From Candidatus Omnitrophota bacterium (GTDB taxonomy: Bacteria; Omnitrophota; Gorgyraeia; Duberdicusellales; 4484-171), in assembly GCA_043815445.1 (NCBI GenBank), contig JBDRIY010000019.1, positions 5,368 through 69,367 on the forward strand: 64,000 nt of DNA, written 5' to 3'. Below the pieces are notes generated by a model. It was not told the DNA's origin and did no database searches. It was given only the letters and a program-made list of their open reading frames with translations. Position numbers and translations under genes: made by a program. Positions 21,462 to 30,903 of this stretch are shown here, piece after piece (position 1 is the stretch's first letter; every line of letters begins with the position of its first letter).

Positions 21462-22256
21462 TCACAACCCCTCTTGAGCGTCAAGAGAAAAACCAGAAAT
21501 AACTATTTCTCTTACCTTGCTGTATGCCGCTTTATTGGAAGCAATATAACCGATGTCTTTATAGCTAAGCGGCGCGCCTTTAAGGGTAGATAACCTGCCT
21601 CCAGCTTCTTCTATTATACAAGCCCCGCCGGCAAAATCCCAGGGACGATCATGAAACTCTACGGCAAAATCAAGTTTTCCCTCAGCAACATAAGATAGAA
21701 TTCGGACTGATGACCCTAACATTCGGACATTAAATACTTCCTTAGCCAATTTTCCTAAAACATCAAGCATAATTTTAGGAGAATACCTTATGCTGGAATC
21801 AAAAGAAATAGAGCAGTCATTTAAATCACCGTTAGAAGAAACCTTAATCTTTTTACCGTTTTTATAAGCTCCCGACCCTTTTTCTCCTAGATATAATTCA
21901 TCTTCTTTGGGCATATAGATAACTCCGGCCGCGAATTCTCCTTTATGTATTATTCCTATAGATACACCAAAAATATCTATATCGCGCATAAAATTATGCG
22001 TGCCGTCAAGAGGATCAATTATCCACAAATAATCTTTATCAGGATTATCCTTGCCGCTTTCTTCAGCTATGATTCCATGCTGAGGAAAAACGCTTTTAAT
22101 CTTTTTAATAATCATATTTTCCGCTTCTTTATCCAAATTAGTAGCAAAATCCCTGTCGCCTTTTTTTTCAATTCGGCTGATTTTACCAAAATTCTCTAAC
22201 AAAAAGATTCCTGCTTCCTTAGCTGCTTCTGAGGCTATGCTTATAATTTTACTCAT
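21462..22256 (-). CDS. suhB: inositol monophosphatase family protein
   Basis: IMPase motifs WIIDPLDGT and the WDFAGG metal/substrate site. Confidence 0.85.
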   Translation of the reverse strand: MSKIISIASEAAKEAGIFLLENFGKISRIEKKGDRDFATNLDKEAENMIIKKIKSVFPQHGIIAEESGKDNPDKDYLWIIDPLDGTHNFMRDIDIFGVSIGIIHKGEFAAGVIYMPKEDELYLGEKGSGAYKNGKKIKVSSNGDLNDCSISFDSSIRYSPKIMLDVLGKLAKEVFNVRMLGSSVRILSYVAEGKLDFAVEFHDRPWDFAGGACIIEEAGGRLSTLKGAPLSYKDIGYIASNKAAYSKVREIVISGFSLDAQEGL

Positions 22257-22289
22257 TATTAATCTCCTGATCTTTATAGTATGTCTATT

Positions 22290-22748
22290 TTAATGAAATT
22301 TCTTTAAGGCTCTTTGGGTTTCTTTTTGGACTGCTTTTTCCTTGAGTTTTTTTCTCTTATCAAAGGTATGTTTGCCCTTAGCTAAAGCAACTTCCACTTT
22401 AGCAAGGCCCTTATCATTAAAATAAATCTTCAGAGGGATAATAGTCAGCCCCTTCTGAGTGGTGAATCCTATAAGCTTTTTTATTTCTTTTTTATGGACT
22501 AAAAGCTTTCTTATTCTTTTAGGCTCAGTTTTAAAAAATGAACTTTTTTCAAATTCAGGAATATGCATATTATATAAAAAAAGTTCTTCCCTTTCTACGC
22601 GGGCAAAGCTATCATCAAGAGAACAGCTTTTGGCGCGCAAAGACTTAACCTCATTGCCCCTAAGCTCTATCCCAGCTTCAAAAGCTTCCATAATATGATA
22701 ATTCCTTCCCGCCTTTTTATTCGCCGCCACTATTTTCATTCGCTTCAC
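22290..22748 (-). CDS. smpB: SsrA-binding protein
   Basis: 152 aa; KIVAANKKAGRNYHIMEAFEAGIELRGNEVKSLR is a near-canonical SmpB N-terminus. Confidence 0.9.
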   Translation of the reverse strand: MKRMKIVAANKKAGRNYHIMEAFEAGIELRGNEVKSLRAKSCSLDDSFARVEREELFLYNMHIPEFEKSSFFKTEPKRIRKLLVHKKEIKKLIGFTTQKGLTIIPLKIYFNDKGLAKVEVALAKGKHTFDKRKKLKEKAVQKETQRALKKFH

Positions 22749-22771
22749 TCATTACACAGATCATCTGTGCC

Positions 22772-23719
22772 TTAAAAAGAGAATCCCGATAATTTCAAAT
22801 ACAACCCTAACCATATAGGAATTGTAACTATGCTTAAAAGATGCGTAAGAAATACTCCTTGGGAAACAAACTCACTATCAGCGCCGCGCATATTAGCTAT
22901 AATAGGCAGCGACGCCGCTGAAGGCATAGCCGCCTGAAGAACTATAAACAAACCTAAAAGAGAAAAAATCTCCAGTCTTATCACTCCAATTAAAAATAAA
23001 AGAGGCAAAATTATTAATTTTAAAAAAGAAGCTTCTCCCACAAAAAATAATTTTTTAGATATACCTTTAAGTTTAATTTTTGCTAACCAAGAACCTAAAA
23101 TTATCGCGGACAGCACAAAGCTCACTTCTCCAATCATTTTAATAGGCTCAACTATTATCGAAGGAATAAATCCTGTTGTCTTAGTGTGTACTAATAGCAA
23201 AGCGATAATAGTGCCTGTTATTGGCGGAGTGAAAATAGACTTGAGGTTAAACTTTTCTCCTTTCTTTTTAAAAATAAAAAAACTTCCTACCGACCACATA
23301 ATAATATTAAAGCCTAAAAGGTTAAGAAAGGTGAATACTAAGAATTTTTCCCGAAGCCCTTGGGGAAAAAGAAAAAAAGCTATACTTATCGGCAAATATC
23401 CCGCATTTTGAAAGCTTATCAAGCTAATAAATTCCCTTTTAAACTCACGCCCGCGCCAAAAACAAGCTATAAACCCTAAAAAACAGCCGGCAGCAAACAA
23501 ACCTATACTTAAAATAATAAAAAACCAAAGCGAATAACCTAATACTATTTCAGAATTTTCAACAAGCTGAGTAAATATCAAAAAAGGTATAGCAAGGTTT
23601 ATAACAAAAAAAGTTAAAAACCGCAGAGTCTCTTCATTAATAATGGCTTTTTTATAAAAATAAAACCCTAAAAGAGCCACCAACGAAAGTTTTATAACTG
23701 CTAAGGAAACTATATCCAT
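22772..23719 (-). CDS. AEC (auxin efflux carrier) family transporter
   Basis: About 10 TM segments with AEC-type layout from MDIVSLAVIKLSLV. The upstream 25 ORF-track codons are tcgagta-repeat derived, so I use the ATG at 23717-23719. Confidence 0.7.
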   Translation of the reverse strand: MDIVSLAVIKLSLVALLGFYFYKKAIINEETLRFLTFFVINLAIPFLIFTQLVENSEIVLGYSLWFFIILSIGLFAAGCFLGFIACFWRGREFKREFISLISFQNAGYLPISIAFFLFPQGLREKFLVFTFLNLLGFNIIMWSVGSFFIFKKKGEKFNLKSIFTPPITGTIIALLLVHTKTTGFIPSIIVEPIKMIGEVSFVLSAIILGSWLAKIKLKGISKKLFFVGEASFLKLIILPLLFLIGVIRLEIFSLLGLFIVLQAAMPSAASLPIIANMRGADSEFVSQGVFLTHLLSIVTIPIWLGLYLKLSGFSF

Positions 23720-23830
23720 ATTCTTGTTCCTTGATACTGGATACTCGATTCTCGATGATAGATACTCGATACTAGATATTTTACGAGTTATCAAGTATCG
23801 AGTATAGGCTTATCGAGGATTAACACCCCT
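23720..23830. repeat. tcgagta/atcgagt heptamer tandem-palindrome (family S), AEC-transporter leader
   Basis: gatactggatactcgattctcgatgatagatactcgatactagatattttacgagttatcaagtatcgagtataggcttatcgaggat. Related arrays lie at 26269-26383, 3042-3111 and 1602-1640. Confidence 0.75.
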
Positions 23831-23899
23831 ATTTATACCAATAATTAGCCTAAAAAGCAACAGAATTATAGCTGGAGTTTCCCCATATTTTTGACTAAT

Positions 23900-24128
23900 C
23901 AACTCCAGTTAAATTTAAAAATTAAAATGCAAAAATCAAAACGACATATCAAAATTTAAAATGATTTAATATCTAATGTTTTCAATGCTTTTCAAACATA
24001 CGAAAAAATATAGGCTATTTTTTGCGGCTTAAAAAACATTTTTATTTTTAAATTGTCATTTTAATGTTTGATATTTAATTTTTGATTTTAGTTTTTCTAT
24101 CCGTCTGTATATGCGGCGGCTTATTTTT
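23900..24128. repeat. AT-rich aaaatg/attttga palindrome (family AT), comEC 3' side
   Basis: aaattaaaatgcaaaaatcaaaacgacatatcaaaatttaaaatgatttaat...aaattgtcattttaatgtttgatatttaatttttgattttag. It is homologous to 59085-59280 (...atttgtcattttgatatttaatttttaatttt). Confidence 0.65.
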
Positions 24129-25622
24129 TTATTCTACTATTTGAATCGCGGTTCTAAAATATCTTCGCGATAAAAATATAATGATGCTAAGAGCAAAATA
24201 ATATACAAATACGGCCCATGCCTCAAAAGTATAAGTGATAAAAGAAAAATTAATATGGCTTAAACTCCTGGTGAGAGCTATAAAATAAGAGATAACTGCC
24301 GATAGAATTTCTCCTATGCCTAAAGCCGCGAAAGTAAAGGGCGAAAAAATAATTAAAATAAAGTTGATTATAAGAATAAAAGTAAATAAAGGAATTAAAA
24401 TTATATTATAGAGCGGGCTTAAAATATACACTTTTCCAAAATAATATGAGACTAAGGGAGTTGAAAATACTCCGATAAAAATAGAACAGCTAAGAATCTG
24501 CTTCAAATAATTCAAAACCATATTTTTGGCTGGCCTTATATTAAAAATTTTAAGTCCTAAAATTATGGCAAAGCAGGCTGTAAATGACAACTGAAAACCT
24601 ACGCTAAAAAGTACTGAGGGATCGATCATGAGAGCGATTATTCCCGCCAAACCTAAAGAATTTAATAAATGGGCCTTTCTTTTGGCGAAAAAACCTAAAA
24701 CAAATACTGAATACATAATTGCCGCCCGCAAAGTAGAAGGGCTTATTCCGGTAAGCAAAGTATAAAACCAAAGGAAAATTAAAGAAATAATAAGGCGAAC
24801 CTCAAATTTCAGGCCAAAAAACCTTAAAATAAAAAATAAAATCAAAGAAGTAAGCCCTAAATGCAGGCCGCTTATAGCTAAAAAGTGGCTTGTCCCAGTG
24901 TCAGAAAAATACTTTTTTTCCTCACCCAAAAGCTCCCTTCTTCCCAAAAATACTGAGCTTAAAAACTTATACCCCTGAACACTGCAATTTTTCTTAAAAA
25001 CATTAAAAATATATAAGGCTGTATTTCGGGTAAAAGAGCTCCCTATCCCTCTGGGAAGTTCAACAATCGGCTCTTTGGCTTTAGCCCAAAGGTAATAAAC
25101 CCCGTTAGAGGCAATCCGCCTCGGGCGGATGCCGCGAAGCGGGCCTCTAACGGGGTAAAAAGACCTTTGCTGATAATCCTTTTTGATTAATTTTCCTCTA
25201 AATTGATAAGATTTCAAATATTCCATTGATTTAGAATAATCTCTAACTCTTACTTTTATTTTTAAAGGTAAAGAATTTACTTTTTGTACGCGGGCGGTAA
25301 AACTATTAGCCAAGCTTGACTCTTTAGGGAGGGAAATAACCTGCAAGCAAATATCATTTCTTTTATCTAAAAATTCTTCAACTCTGGAGAGATTAAAAGA
25401 ACTTATCAGGCAAGCGCCGATAAAGAAAAAAGAAACTAAAATAAAAACATCAGAAACTAAAAACTTGTTTTTTTTATAAAAAAAATAAACAGCTCCTGAA
25501 GAAAATAAACAAAGGAAAAAACTTAAAAAATAAAAAGAAAACCCTCGGCCAAAAATAACCCCTAACCCCAAAGCCAAAAAAACCCAAAAATTCAACAACC
25601 CCGCCAAACACCTCTTTTCCAT
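24129..25622 (-). CDS. comEC: ComEC/Rec2-family DNA internalisation competence protein (no C-terminal metallo-beta-lactamase domain)
   Basis: Polytopic membrane protein with the competence-domain signature FSDTGTSHFLAISGLHLGL. Confidence 0.8.
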   Translation of the reverse strand: MEKRCLAGLLNFWVFLALGLGVIFGRGFSFYFLSFFLCLFSSGAVYFFYKKNKFLVSDVFILVSFFFIGACLISSFNLSRVEEFLDKRNDICLQVISLPKESSLANSFTARVQKVNSLPLKIKVRVRDYSKSMEYLKSYQFRGKLIKKDYQQRSFYPVRGPLRGIRPRRIASNGVYYLWAKAKEPIVELPRGIGSSFTRNTALYIFNVFKKNCSVQGYKFLSSVFLGRRELLGEEKKYFSDTGTSHFLAISGLHLGLTSLILFFILRFFGLKFEVRLIISLIFLWFYTLLTGISPSTLRAAIMYSVFVLGFFAKRKAHLLNSLGLAGIIALMIDPSVLFSVGFQLSFTACFAIILGLKIFNIRPAKNMVLNYLKQILSCSIFIGVFSTPLVSYYFGKVYILSPLYNIILIPLFTFILIINFILIIFSPFTFAALGIGEILSAVISYFIALTRSLSHINFSFITYTFEAWAVFVYYFALSIIIFLSRRYFRTAIQIVE

Positions 25623-25730
25623 TACAACATAACCGATTTAAAAGCAGGTAACCTAATTTATATAATATATTTTAAAAGCCAAGAAAAGTTCTTGTAGCGA
25701 TATAGCGATTTTTAATAAAAAAATACCGTT

Positions 25731-25786
25731 AAAAAAGCACATTTGTTTGAGTCTCGGTTAAGCCGAGACGAGTTATGTGCTTTTAG
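25731..25786 (-). terminator. rho-independent terminator downstream of comEA (bidirectional hairpin)
   Basis: Nested hairpin gcacatttgtttgagtctcggttaagccgagacgagttatgtgc flanked by aaaaaa upstream and ttttaggtattttttt downstream, so it gives a U-run on either strand. Confidence 0.6.
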
Positions 25787-25860
25787 GTATTTTTTTATGT
25801 GCCGAAGGCAAAAATTGCGTCTAGAGAAAGAACCTTTCTTGGCTTTTAAAATATACTACC

Positions 25861-26268
25861 TTATTTAAAACAAATATATTCCCCAATAACCCTGGCTTTT
25901 TTCTCCCCAATCCCCTTAACCTCCTCCAAATCCTCAACCACCTTAAATTCCCCAAACTGCTCGCGATATTCAGCTATCCGTCGGGCAGTAACTTCCCCTA
26001 TTCCTTTAATCTCCTGTAATTGCTGAATTGAAGCGCTATTAATATTTACCCCGTTAGAAATCCGTGCCGCAGGCGCGGCAGGCATCTTCGATGACTTGTT
26101 GCTAACGGGGTTTATCTTTTTTGAGCTAGAAATACTTTCCGCGGAATAAATAATCAAATTTGAATTGGCCGGAACAGAGGTTTTAAAATACCTTATCAAG
26201 CTGCCGATCAAAATTAAAACAGCAACAGCTAAAAGAACCTTCCTTTCCTGGTGGGTAAGGCAAAACAT
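25861..26268 (-). CDS. comEA: ComEA-family helix-hairpin-helix DNA-binding protein
   Basis: N-terminal TM helix and C-terminal tandem HhH motifs INSASIQQLQEIKGIGEVTARRI and LEEVKGIGEKKARVI. Confidence 0.85.
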   Translation of the reverse strand: MFCLTHQERKVLLAVAVLILIGSLIRYFKTSVPANSNLIIYSAESISSSKKINPVSNKSSKMPAAPAARISNGVNINSASIQQLQEIKGIGEVTARRIAEYREQFGEFKVVEDLEEVKGIGEKKARVIGEYICFK

Positions 26269-26383
26269 ATTCTCGATTCTCGATTCTCGATTCTCGATTC
26301 TCGATACTAGATACTAGATGCTCGATATATTACGAATTATCGAGAATCGTGTATCGAGTATCGAGAATTATCGAGTATCATTT
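26269..26383. repeat. family S tandem-palindrome (leuS leader / comEA start)
   Basis: (ttctcga)x4 ctcgatactagatactagatgctcgatatattacgaattatcgagaatcgtgtatcgagtatcgagaattatcgagtatc: four perfect 7-bp tandem units followed by their inverted complement units. Confidence 0.8.
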
Positions 26384-28840
26384 TTAAGTTACTATATTAA
26401 CTATTTTTCTCTCAATATAGATAATTTTTTTAGGCGGTTTTTGAGAAATTATTTTTTTGATTTTTTCTAAGGCAAGAGCTTTTTGTTTAACTTCTTCTTC
26501 AGGCCAGGCAGTATTCACCTTAAGCCTATCTTTAACTTTACCATTGATTAAGACCGCTATTTCTACTACTTCTTCTTTTAAATATTTATCCTCTGTCTGG
26601 GGCCAGGAATGTTCAAGAATAGACACCTTATTACCTAAAACTTCGTTAACTTCTTCGCTTATATGAGGCATAAAAGGCGCTAAAAGCAGGAAAATTGTCT
26701 CCACCGCAGTTTTAAAAATCTCTTTTTTTAATTCACCGCAAGCTACCCCTTTATAAGTTTGATTTACCAACTCCATGATTCTGCTTATAGCAGTATTAAA
26801 TTGAAAATTTCCTTCTAAATCCTTAGTGACTTCTTTGATAGTCGAATGAATTTTTTTCAAAAGTTCTTTTTCTTCTTGATTATATTCTTTTTCTTCGTTA
26901 GAACAGCCTTTATATTCTTTAAGTATATCAACCAACTTTAAAGCTCTTTGAATAAAACGCCAACACCCCCGCAAACCTTCATCCTGCCATTCAGCGTCTT
27001 TATGCGGCGGGCCCATGAATAAAATATAAAGACGCATTGTATCTGCCCCATATTTCTCAAGTATATAATCAGGAGCAACAACATTACCTTTTGATTTAGA
27101 CATCTTTGCCCCGTCTTTAACAATCATCCCTTGAGTAAATAAGCGCTTGAAAGGTTCGGAAAAATTAATATAGCCTTGATCCTTAAGAAATTTATTTATA
27201 AATCTTGAGTACATAAGATGAAGGATAGCATGTTCAACCCCGCCGATATATTGATCTACCGGAAGCCATTCATTTACATCCTCAGAAAAAAAAGGGCTAT
27301 TTTCTTCTTTAGAGGAAATAAAACGTAGAAAATACCAGCTTGAATCCACAAAAGTATCCATAGTATCGGTTTCACGTCTCGCTTTTTTTCCACACTTAGG
27401 GCATTCAGTATTGATAAACTTTTCAATATAAGTTAAAGGTGACTGTCCTGTAGGCAAAAATTCCTTAATTTCAGGTAATAAAACCGGCGAATCCTTTTCA
27501 GGAACAGGGACCTGTCCGCAGTTATCACAATAAATAATCGGAATAGGCGCTCCCCAATAACGCTGGCGGGAAACCAGCCAATCTCTCAGCTTATAATTAA
27601 CAGCTCTTTTTCCAATATTATTCTTCTCCATATAATCGGCAATTTTTTCCCTTGCCTCTTCCGAAACCATTCCGTTAAACTTCTCAGAATTAACCAAAAA
27701 CCCCTCTCCCTCATAACCCCCCTCAACCAAATCGGACGTCAGACGTCCGATTTTTTCAATAACTTCGACAATCGGCAAATCATACTTTTTAGCAAATTCA
27801 AGATCCCTGCTATCGTGGGCCGGAACGCACATTATCGCCCCAGTTCCATAACCAGAAAGAATATAGTTAGCAATCCAAATAGGTATTTTTTTACCGGTCA
27901 TAGGATTAATAGCGTATTTACCGGTAAAAATACCCTGTTTTTCAAAATTATCTATTAACCGCGCTGATATATCCTGATTTTTTACTTTTTTAATAAACTC
28001 TTGAATATCTCTTTTGTTAGGCGCTTCTTTTATCAGCGCGTCTATACAAGAATGCTCCCAGTTTAAAGCTACAAAAGTTGCCCCGAAAATAGTATCAACT
28101 CGGGTAGTAAAACATTTCAATTCTTCTTTTAAGCCCTCAACTTTAAAATCTATTTCAACTCCGGTTGATTCGCCTATCCAGTTATTCTGCATAAGCTTAA
28201 CTCTCTGAGGCCATTCTTCTAAAAACTCTAAATCATTTAAAAGCCTTTTAGCATAATCAGTTATTTTAAAAAACCACTGTTCTAAGCTTTTCTGTTCAAC
28301 CTCTGTTGAACAGCGTTCGCATTTACCATCAATAACCTGTTCATTGGCCAAGACTGTTTTGCATGATTCACACCAGTTAACTCCTGCTTTTTTACGGTAA
28401 GCCAGGCCCTTTTCGTAAAGCTTTAAAAATATCCACTGAGTCCATTTATAGTAATCCGGCAAGCAAGTAGTGATTTCTCTTTGCCAATCATAGCCAATAC
28501 CCCAGCTTTTTAACTGCTCAGTTATTCTTTTTATATTTTTTAAAGTCCACTCTCGAGGATGAATTTTATGTTTAATAGCCTGGTTTTCCGCCGGAAGCCC
28601 AAAAGCATCCCAACCCATAGGGCTTAAAACATAAAATCCCCGCATTTTTTTATAGCGGGCAACCGCGTCACCAATTACATAATTACGGGCATGGCCGACA
28701 TGAAGCTCACTGGAAGGATAAGGAAACATAACTAAGCAGTAATATTTAGGTTTAGAAGCGCCTTTGGTGTCAACCTTAAAAGTCCCCTGTTCTTCCCAGA
28801 AATTCTGCCATTTTTTATCGATTTCTTTTGTATAAATCAT
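26384..28840 (-). CDS. leuS: leucine--tRNA ligase
   Basis: 818 aa class I aaRS with HVGHARNY (HIGH) and KMSKSKGN, CP1 editing insertion and Zn-finger cysteines. Confidence 0.95.
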   Translation of the reverse strand: MIYTKEIDKKWQNFWEEQGTFKVDTKGASKPKYYCLVMFPYPSSELHVGHARNYVIGDAVARYKKMRGFYVLSPMGWDAFGLPAENQAIKHKIHPREWTLKNIKRITEQLKSWGIGYDWQREITTCLPDYYKWTQWIFLKLYEKGLAYRKKAGVNWCESCKTVLANEQVIDGKCERCSTEVEQKSLEQWFFKITDYAKRLLNDLEFLEEWPQRVKLMQNNWIGESTGVEIDFKVEGLKEELKCFTTRVDTIFGATFVALNWEHSCIDALIKEAPNKRDIQEFIKKVKNQDISARLIDNFEKQGIFTGKYAINPMTGKKIPIWIANYILSGYGTGAIMCVPAHDSRDLEFAKKYDLPIVEVIEKIGRLTSDLVEGGYEGEGFLVNSEKFNGMVSEEAREKIADYMEKNNIGKRAVNYKLRDWLVSRQRYWGAPIPIIYCDNCGQVPVPEKDSPVLLPEIKEFLPTGQSPLTYIEKFINTECPKCGKKARRETDTMDTFVDSSWYFLRFISSKEENSPFFSEDVNEWLPVDQYIGGVEHAILHLMYSRFINKFLKDQGYINFSEPFKRLFTQGMIVKDGAKMSKSKGNVVAPDYILEKYGADTMRLYILFMGPPHKDAEWQDEGLRGCWRFIQRALKLVDILKEYKGCSNEEKEYNQEEKELLKKIHSTIKEVTKDLEGNFQFNTAISRIMELVNQTYKGVACGELKKEIFKTAVETIFLLLAPFMPHISEEVNEVLGNKVSILEHSWPQTEDKYLKEEVVEIAVLINGKVKDRLKVNTAWPEEEVKQKALALEKIKKIISQKPPKKIIYIERKIVNIVT

Positions 28841-28872
28841 CTTCTATCATTTTATTAATGAAACGGGCATAC

Positions 28873-29751
28873 TTATGCCTGTTGGGGTGCCCGTTTCTTA
28901 TCTAAATATAATTTCCTCACAACATTCAAATTTTTCTTTCCGCCATCCTCATCTTTATTAGGTGTTTCTAAGATAAAAGGCAGATTCTTTAGCTTAGGGT
29001 GGTTAAAGACAAGAGATAAACCTTTTTTGCCTATTAATCCTTGGCCTATATCAGCATGGCGGTCAATTTTTGAACCAAGTTCTTCTTTAGTATCATTAAG
29101 ATGAATTACTTTTAAACGCTCTAAGCCAACCTCTTTATCAATTTCTTTTAAAAGGCTGTTTAGGCCTACAGCATCATTTATTTTATACCCTGCGGCCCAA
29201 GCATGAGCAGTATCTAAACAAATTCCAATCCGCTCAGGATTATTCAGCTTTTCCATAATAAACTTAAAATGAGAGAAATTATAACCCAACCAGCATCCGC
29301 TTCCTGAAGTATTTTCTAAAGCAACAAGTGTTTTAACGCCTTTGGTTTCTTTTAAAATTTTATTTAAAGCATTAGCTATCCTTAAAAGCCCTCCCTCTTC
29401 AGTAGTGCCCTTGTAAGAACCCATATGAGTTACAAGATAATCCGCGCCTATGCTGTCGGCTTCAACAAGATCAGCTATAAATTCTTTTATAGTTATTTTA
29501 TGAAAACTATGCTTAGGCGAAGCTAAGTTAAGAATATAAGGAATATGAATTACTACCGGGCTTATTTTTTCTTTTCTTATTCTTTCCTTGAATATCTTTA
29601 TATCTTCTTTACTTAAAGAGGACGTTCTCCATTGCCGAGGATTGCGGGAAAAAATCTGCATTGTATTACAACCCAGCTTTTTAGCCCGTTCTACAGAATC
29701 ATAAATCTTGCCGGCAATAGACACATGTATCCCTAACTTTAACAAAATCAA
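28873..29751 (-). CDS. nfo: deoxyribonuclease IV (endonuclease IV)
   Basis: TIM-barrel AP-endonuclease 2 family; LGIHVSIAG N-terminus and metal-binding His/Asp/Glu positions (HxxY...DT.H). Confidence 0.9.
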   Translation of the reverse strand: MILLKLGIHVSIAGKIYDSVERAKKLGCNTMQIFSRNPRQWRTSSLSKEDIKIFKERIRKEKISPVVIHIPYILNLASPKHSFHKITIKEFIADLVEADSIGADYLVTHMGSYKGTTEEGGLLRIANALNKILKETKGVKTLVALENTSGSGCWLGYNFSHFKFIMEKLNNPERIGICLDTAHAWAAGYKINDAVGLNSLLKEIDKEVGLERLKVIHLNDTKEELGSKIDRHADIGQGLIGKKGLSLVFNHPKLKNLPFILETPNKDEDGGKKNLNVVRKLYLDKKRAPQQA

Positions 29752-30019
29752 ACTCCAAAGTCCGTCATATGTATTTTAAAACACCTCCAAACCCTGCCCT
29801 TAAACCATTCTATAAGCATTCTCACCTCCGAAGTTTGCCGCAGGCAATCCTCGAAAGTGAGAAATAGTTTTCATTGAAAATTATATACCAAAAAACTAAA
29901 AAATAAAGTAGTATCTATCAAACCGCCGCCTACCCCCCTGAATTTCTTTTTAGCGCGCGTGCTTTTTAAAAATACTCGTATTTGTTTCTAAGGGCTTGTT
30001 AATCAAAAATTTGAATCTA

Positions 30020-30823
30020 TTACCTTATACCTTTTGTGCTTGCTATTTTCTCTCCCATTCGAACCAAATCTTCTAAAAAAAGCTTTCCCATTGGCTTCAC
30101 ATAAAAACCTTTTATCTCTTTAATACCGAGTTTATCCTTCTCTTTATATTGAATATTAATAATATCGAACCAAGCAAACGGAACTAATATACAATGTTTT
30201 ATCCCCCATTCCATACCGCTACAAGCCCAATCTTGCGACTGCGCGTTCCATTTAAGATTTAAATTTGTTATTAATTTTTTCGTAAATTTTTTAAAATCTA
30301 TCCCGCGCTCAATGCCGCTTATTTCTTTTATGTAAGGTATTAATTCCAGTATTTTATCTTGAATCATCTGCCCAAAATCTCCTTCCGGCATCCAGTTATT
30401 CCAATCCATGCTAAACCACCATGCCAAAATAAGCCATAGTTTTTTCTTGCCTCCATCCATATTGAAAAAATTATCATACTCTGCCCCGGAAAATAAAACA
30501 TCTTTATCATTTACGGCAATACATTCGCTGGCTTCCGCTAATAAATCCATAAAATATATCCTGGGAAAACAATACTCTTCGCGAATTCTGTATATTTTAT
30601 CTCCTATTTTATCTTCCACACGCAAAGGGGTTTTAAGCAAAGCGTTAATCGCGTAAAGATGTTTAACCGGAATCCATCTACACTTAGGTGTTAACTTTAT
30701 TTTATGGCTATTAACATAAGATAAAAATTCTTTAAAATCGCATAGAAAATCTTCTTTTTCAAAACGTTTGTTGAGATCTTCCATAAAAGCGTCAACATCA
30801 AGGAATAAAGGCTCTGTTTTCAT
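30020..30823 (-). CDS. hypothetical protein (first gene of the accessory island; W-rich; no motif recognised)
   Basis: 267-aa ORF sitting 80 bp downstream of the PIF1-like helicase gene; no recognisable catalytic motif. Confidence 0.4.
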   Translation of the reverse strand: MKTEPLFLDVDAFMEDLNKRFEKEDFLCDFKEFLSYVNSHKIKLTPKCRWIPVKHLYAINALLKTPLRVEDKIGDKIYRIREEYCFPRIYFMDLLAEASECIAVNDKDVLFSGAEYDNFFNMDGGKKKLWLILAWWFSMDWNNWMPEGDFGQMIQDKILELIPYIKEISGIERGIDFKKFTKKLITNLNLKWNAQSQDWACSGMEWGIKHCILVPFAWFDIINIQYKEKDKLGIKEIKGFYVKPMGKLFLEDLVRMGEKIASTKGIR

Positions 30824-30903
30824 AAATATTATATTGTTATTTTCAAGAGTCTCTGACTCTCTTTAGAAAAAAAATAGGTGTGCCCCTTTCTTTCTTAGAA
30901 GCT

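Noticed and set aside
26269-26383. Possible CRISPR array because of regularly spaced short repeats
   Set aside because: The units are 7 bp, contiguous, with no spacers, and are arranged as inverted arms; there are no cas genes. This is not CRISPR-like.
28841-28872. Hairpin aaacgggca...tgcccgttt between nfo and leuS as a possible T-box leader or terminator
   Set aside because: The spacer is only 32 bp, too short for a T-box, and there is no clear U-run on the minus strand. At most it is a weak terminator, so it is not annotated.
29752-30019. Search for an integrase gene or att direct repeat at the nfo-side island boundary
   Set aside because: No ORF and no copy of the tRNA-Ala or tRNA-Leu 3' ends was found by eye, so no att site is claimed.
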